Assembly (NCBI RefSeq): GCF_013315695.1
Contig: NZ_CP054356.1
Length of the DNA: 64,000 bases
Reading direction: 5' to 3' (one strand)
Source of the DNA: Escherichia coli
GTDB lineage: Bacteria; Pseudomonadota; Gammaproteobacteria; Enterobacterales; Enterobacteriaceae
Made by a program: the position numbers and the translations under genes
Part shown: positions 62,371 to 64,000 of the stretch, piece by piece
How the letters are laid out: each line of letters starts with the position of its first letter
How positions within the stretch are numbered: the stretch's first letter is position 1
The notes under the pieces: model-generated
What the model was told of the DNA's origin: nothing
The model's input: only the letters and a program-made list of their open reading frames with translations
Databases searched by the model: none

Positions 62371-62808
62371 ATGAAATATGATGATGTGTCAGAATTGATG
62401 ATTAAATGTGAACACAACATTCTTATTGTTGGTAATACTTACTCCCGAGTTGATAATTTTTTTAAGGGGTATTCTGTACCAGATTCTAAATATTATGATT
62501 TCACTCAGATTAACAGTGATTCAGATGCAGAGAGAAATGATCATGCCGTCTCCTTTATCAGGGATGCAATGAATAGTGAAGAGCATATAATTATTTTTAA
62601 TTGTGTTGGGTGGCCTGATTTAGGTGGTGGATCAGCAGTATCGCAGTTTGCAATGATGGCCAGAAAATTTGGTAAACAACTTATTGTCGCTGTAAGTGAA
62701 AAGGATGCCATAAAATTAAAAGACAACTTTAATATTATTGGAACGTTGTCATATGGTAAAGAAAATTTTATTGCCATGAGCCATACGAAAAGCGAGTTCT
62801 GTAGTTAA
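62371..62808 (+). CDS. Hypothetical protein (145 aa), intact paralog of the upstream frameshifted gene
   Basis: ORF with conserved ..IIIFNCVGWPDLGGGSAVSQFAMMARKFGKQLIVAV.. core; AT-rich. Confidence 0.6.
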   Translation: MKYDDVSELMIKCEHNILIVGNTYSRVDNFFKGYSVPDSKYYDFTQINSDSDAERNDHAVSFIRDAMNSEEHIIIFNCVGWPDLGGGSAVSQFAMMARKFGKQLIVAVSEKDAIKLKDNFNIIGTLSYGKENFIAMSHTKSEFCS

Positions 62809-62950
62809 AAGCGGGAAATGGAGGTAATGGTCAGCAACAGGGAATGTGGTATTATCGCGGCGGGTGTCTGAGCCTTTCTGGTTCAGGCAAGACGCAGGTA
62901 CCAGAAATGCGAAGACCCCACTTGTTAATCCATTAACTCGTGAGGCCTGC

Positions 62951-63010
62951 ATGAAGTACGTAGCACTACTGATTGTAGCCTCTTCCTTGCAGAGAGGTCA
63001 AAGTTTATGA
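62951..63010 (+). CDS. pndC/mok-like leader reading frame (19 aa) translationally coupled to toxin gene
   Basis: ATG 62951; stop TGA overlaps toxin ATG (ATGA); architecture as in pnd/srnB loci. Confidence 0.5.
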   Translation: MKYVALLIVASSLQRGQSL

Positions 63011-63156
63011 CGAAATATACCCTTATCGGGTTGCTCGCCGTGTGCGCCACGGTGTTGTGTTTTTCACTGATATTCAGGGAACGGTTATGTGAGCTGAATA
63101 TTCACAGGGGAAATACAGTGGTGCAGGTAACTCTGGCCTACGAAGCACGGAAGTAA
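63007..63156 (+). CDS. pndA: Hok-family toxin PndA/SrnB-like, 49 aa; below ORF-track size cut-off
   Basis: Translation MTKYTLIGLLAVCATVLCFSLIFRERLCELNIHRGNTVVQVTLAYEARK; matches recalled PndA/SrnB core. Confidence 0.88.
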   Translation: MTKYTLIGLLAVCATVLCFSLIFRERLCELNIHRGNTVVQVTLAYEARK

Positions 63157-63440
63157 GCTGCCGGGCGGGGGCGGAAGTCCCCGCTTTCCGGAAGTGTGGG
63201 GTATTTCAGGGGCAGACACCCGACATGCCAGAAACCGCCGGTCCCGCCCGGGGCCGGCACACAGGTTAAGGCATTTCCTGTTTTTTCAGCCATTTCGCAA
63301 CAAAAATCACATTAAACAACAGTAATCAGACATGATTTGTGCGCCAACACAGATCTTCGTCACAATTCTCAAGTCGCTGATTTCAAAAAACTGTAGTATC
63401 CTCTGCGAAACGATCCCTGTCTGAGAAGAGAGGAGGCGAG

Positions 63441-63698
63441 ATGTCGCAGACAGTAAATGCAGAGACTTCCTCATCGGGAAAAAAACGACCTTACAGAAGG
63501 GGTAATCCTGTTCCTGCGAGAGAACGACAAAAAGCGTCTCTTGCAAGAAGGAGTGCCACTCATAAAGCGTTTCATGCCGTCATTCAGCTTCGACTGAAAG
63601 AAAAGTTAAGTGAGCTTGCTGATGAAGACGGGATCACTCAGGCACAGATGCTTGAGTGGCTGATAGAGTCAGAGGTTAAGCGCAGAAAATCTTTGTGA
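63441..63698 (+). CDS. copB: RepFII copy-number repressor CopB (RepA2)
   Basis: 85 aa [37 protein letters not shown].. resembles recalled CopB/RepA2. Confidence 0.85.
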   Translation: MSQTVNAETSSSGKKRPYRRGNPVPARERQKASLARRSATHKAFHAVIQLRLKEKLSELADEDGITQAQMLEWLIESEVKRRKSL

Positions 63699-63792
63699 AT
63701 ATTTGCGTTTCTTGCTGTTTCAGTGATGAGATGTTAGATTGCTGATCGTTTTAAGGAATTTTGTGGCTGGCCACGCCGTAAGGTGGCAGGGA

Positions 63793-63885
63793 ACTGGTTC
63801 TGATGTGGATTTACAGGAGCCAGAAAAGCAAAAACCCCGATAATCTTCTTCAACTTTGGCGAGTACGAAAAGATTACCGGGGCCC
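63793..63885 (-). ncRNA. copA: CopA antisense RNA of RepFII replicon (approximate)
   Basis: Target stem-loop on plus strand CCCCGATAATCTTCTTCAACTTTGGCGAGTACGAAAAGATTACCGGGG in repA leader; boundaries approximate. Confidence 0.5.
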
Positions 63886-63933
63886 ACTTAAACCGTATAG
63901 CCAACAATTCAGCTATGCGGGGAGTATAGTTAT

Positions 63934-64000
63934 ATGCCCGGAAAAGTTCAAGACTTCTTTCTGTGCTCGCTCCTTCTGCGCATTGTAAGTGCAGGATGGT
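63934..64000 (+). CDS. tap: RepA leader peptide Tap, 5' part (continues beyond window)
   Basis: ATG 63934; [22 protein letters not shown].. matches recalled R1/R100 tap. Confidence 0.7.

Noticed and set aside
63803-63988. 61-aa ORF across the copA/tap region
   Set aside because: Wrong frame relative to tap; the region is the RepFII control region (CopA target and tap leader).

Overview
This window reads as about 64 kb of an IncFII (R100/R1-like) conjugative plasmid that carries the microcin B17 operon, most likely pMccB17 or a close relative. All calls are from reading the sequence and recalled protein families; no searches were run. Coordinates anchored to the ORF track are exact; features outside the track (hairpins, repeats, antisense RNAs) are approximate to a few nt. 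Layout, left to right: (1) the tnpA-proximal end of a Tn3-family transposon (1-422); (2) the complete mcbABCDEFG microcin B17 operon on the minus strand (957-6101), with a divergent hexapeptide-repeat acyltransferase; (3) the R1-type parM/parR/parC partition locus (7486-8975); (4) a ~16 kb GC-rich leading region (8981-25030), all genes on the + strand, arranged as six modules each headed by a long repeated structured element that I interpret as Frpo/ssi-type single-strand promoters. It carries two orphan DNA methyltransferases, KlcA, SSB, a ParB-like protein, PsiB, PsiA, a hok/mok toxin locus and several unknown ORFs; (5) oriT (about 25790-26195); (6) an essentially complete F-like transfer operon, traM to finO (26201-60173), with accessory ORFs inserted at three points; (7) a maintenance segment with a thermonuclease, a decayed tandem paralog pair, a second hok-family (pnd/srnB-type) toxin locus, and the start of the RepFII replicon (copB, copA, tap). 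No rRNA, tRNA or CRISPR array was seen. The best candidates for undescribed biology are the unannotatable ORFs in the ssDNA-promoter-headed leading-region modules, notably the 76-aa/453-aa/methyltransferase operon, the Trp/Cys-rich 313-aa protein, the 256-aa ORF and the paralog pair flanking klcA. Smaller puzzles are a covarying hairpin element present in two copies and the tandem paralog pair near the nuclease.
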